A stretch of DNA of 43,437 bases from an uncultured Verrucomicrobiota bacterium (GTDB taxonomy: Bacteria; Auribacterota; JABMQX01; JAFGEW01). The DNA is taken from positions 1 to 43,437 of the forward strand of contig CAZJXV010000001.1 in the NCBI GenBank assembly GCA_964550015.1, given 5' to 3'. A program made the translations under genes and the position numbers. The notes under the pieces are model-generated. The model worked only from the letters and a program-made list of their open reading frames with translations. It had not been told where the DNA came from and did not search any database. Shown here piece after piece: positions 42,586 to 43,437 of the stretch (its first letter is position 1; each line of letters starts with the position of its first letter).

Positions 42586-43437
42586 TCACTGCCCGTCGCC
42601 TGCGGCCGGCGGTTGCGGGTTCCATGTCGAGTCGGCGTCGGCCGCGAGGTCGTAGTACGGGTTGCCGGCGGGGTCGGTGACGCGGAAGAAGAAGCCCCAG
42701 CCGCCCCCGCCGTTACAGACCTTCATAAGGACGCGGTTGTCGCCACGGCGGAGCGCGGCCTTGACGGTGTCCTGGTCGGGCGCGGCGCCCCGGGCGATGT
42801 CGTGGCGGTGGACCTCGGCGCCGTTGAGCCAGACGACGACCGAGTCGTCGCTGCCGAGCTTGAGCAGGACGTCGCGTGCATCCGGGCTCTGGATGACGGT
42901 GGTGACGTAGATGGCCTTCCACTCGGCCTCGTCGCCGAAGTGTTCGTGGAAGAAGACGCCGTGCCGCTCGTCGTAGAGGGCCTCGGGAACGGTGACCCAA
43001 CGGCGCTGTGTGCCGTCGGGCATGACGACGGGCTCGTTGATGGCCACCTGCTTCTCAGGCGGGTAGGCGGTGGCGAGGCCTTCGTTCTTGGTGTTGTCGA
43101 ACAGGCCGCACATGCGCCAGGGGATCGGGCGCTCGAGGTCGAAGCCGGCGTCGTACGACTGCTTGCCGTAGGCGAGGCGGCAGCGGACGCGTGCACGGAG
43201 GCCTTTCCAGTCGAGTGGCACGGCGACCTCGAAGGGGCAGATCGTCGTGCGGTTCGGGGGCAGGTCATAGCCTTGGCGAGCCGACCGCGTGGCGACGCCC
43301 GTGCCTTCCGGCTCGGCCGCAAGGCGGATGGCGGCTTTGACCTTGCGGTTGTGGTTGTTGGTGACGACGAGCTTGCCCTCGTAGCGCTCGACGCGGTCGC
43401 CGTCGCCGACGGGCGCCTTGCGGACGACGAGCGTCCG
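42586..43437 (-). CDS. 5'-truncated protein with beta-sandwich / lectin-like C-terminal domain, function unknown
   Basis: My hand translation of 43222-43437 in the same frame has no stop (RTLVVRKAPVGDGDRVERYEGKLVVTNNHNRKVKAAIRLAAEPEG...ICPFEVAVPLDW...). The gene therefore continues beyond the window, and the ORF-track GTG at 43221 is an artefact. The C-terminal segment reads LLKLGSDDSVVVWLNGAEVHRHD...NRVLMKVCNGGGGWGFFFRV. Confidence 0.7.
   Translation of the reverse strand, partial: RTLVVRKAPVGDGDRVERYEGKLVVTNNHNRKVKAAIRLAAEPEGTGVATRSARQGYDLPPNRTTICPFEVAVPLDWKGLRARVRCRLAYGKQSYDAGFDLERPIPWRMCGLFDNTKNEGLATAYPPEKQVAINEPVVMPDGTQRRWVTVPEALYDERHGVFFHEHFGDEAEWKAIYVTTVIQSPDARDVLLKLGSDDSVVVWLNGAEVHRHDIARGAAPDQDTVKAALRRGDNRVLMKVCNGGGGWGFFFRVTDPAGNPYYDLAADADSTWNPQPPAAGDGQ

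Noticed and set aside
1-43437. tRNA, rRNA, riboswitch, transposase/integrase, prophage or toxin-antitoxin/defence genes
   Set aside because: I inspected all intergenic gaps longer than 90 bp by eye and saw only hairpin repeats and promoter- or terminator-like sites. There was no cloverleaf-like sequence, no conserved riboswitch core I could recognise and no mobile-element protein motifs. A tRNAscan/Infernal run would be needed to exclude small RNAs formally.

Overview
This is a high-GC window from a diderm bacterium, as shown by its Kdo and Lpt genes. The mix of sulfatases, glycoside hydrolases, PEP-CTERM, dockerin, NHL and Asp-box proteins has a PVC-superphylum or environmental flavour, but that lineage call is low confidence. 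I support about 35 protein genes and found no rRNA, tRNA, CRISPR array, transposase, integrase or recognisable defence system by eye.

Layout:
- (1) A 5'-truncated mgtE.
- (2) 948-7632: an accessory-looking block of five secreted proteins of unknown function in two paralog families. One family is a pair sharing a C-terminal domain, and one member carries a very basic R/T/S repeat region. The other is three tandem SH3-plus-beta-rich-domain genes.
- (3) A CARDB/HExxH/FN3/NHL secreted protein translationally coupled to cca.
- (4) A tightly packed minus-strand envelope operon: membrane protein, PA14/PKD/SGNH-like giant protein, coiled-coil anchor, kdsD, kdsC, an LptC/LptA-like gene and lptB.
- (5) A GATase1-like gene, a small SH3 gene, an AhbD/NirJ-like radical SAM/SPASM gene and a PfkB kinase.
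- (6) A dockerin-like secreted gene whose own PEP-CTERM sorting signal lies in frame just beyond a single TAA stop.
- (7) A TolB-like protein with 11 Asp-boxes.
- (8) 29.5-43.4 kb: a flavodoxin-like gene, then a methyltransferase-like gene at the distal end of a minus-strand glycan-degradation operon. That operon holds an alkaline-phosphatase-fold enzyme, a Cys-type sulfatase, GH95, GH29, GH78, GH88/105, a sulfatase-fold enzyme with Thr in place of the formylglycine Cys, and a 5'-truncated beta-sandwich protein.

Almost every intergenic gap longer than 100 bp carries short GC-rich palindromic or REP-like repeats from at least four families. The most unusual items are the stop-interrupted PEP-CTERM gene, the mosaic SH3 paralog array and the arginine-rich secreted repeat protein. 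None can be assigned a function from sequence alone. Many ORF-track entries are antisense or out-of-frame shadow ORFs typical of high-GC DNA.
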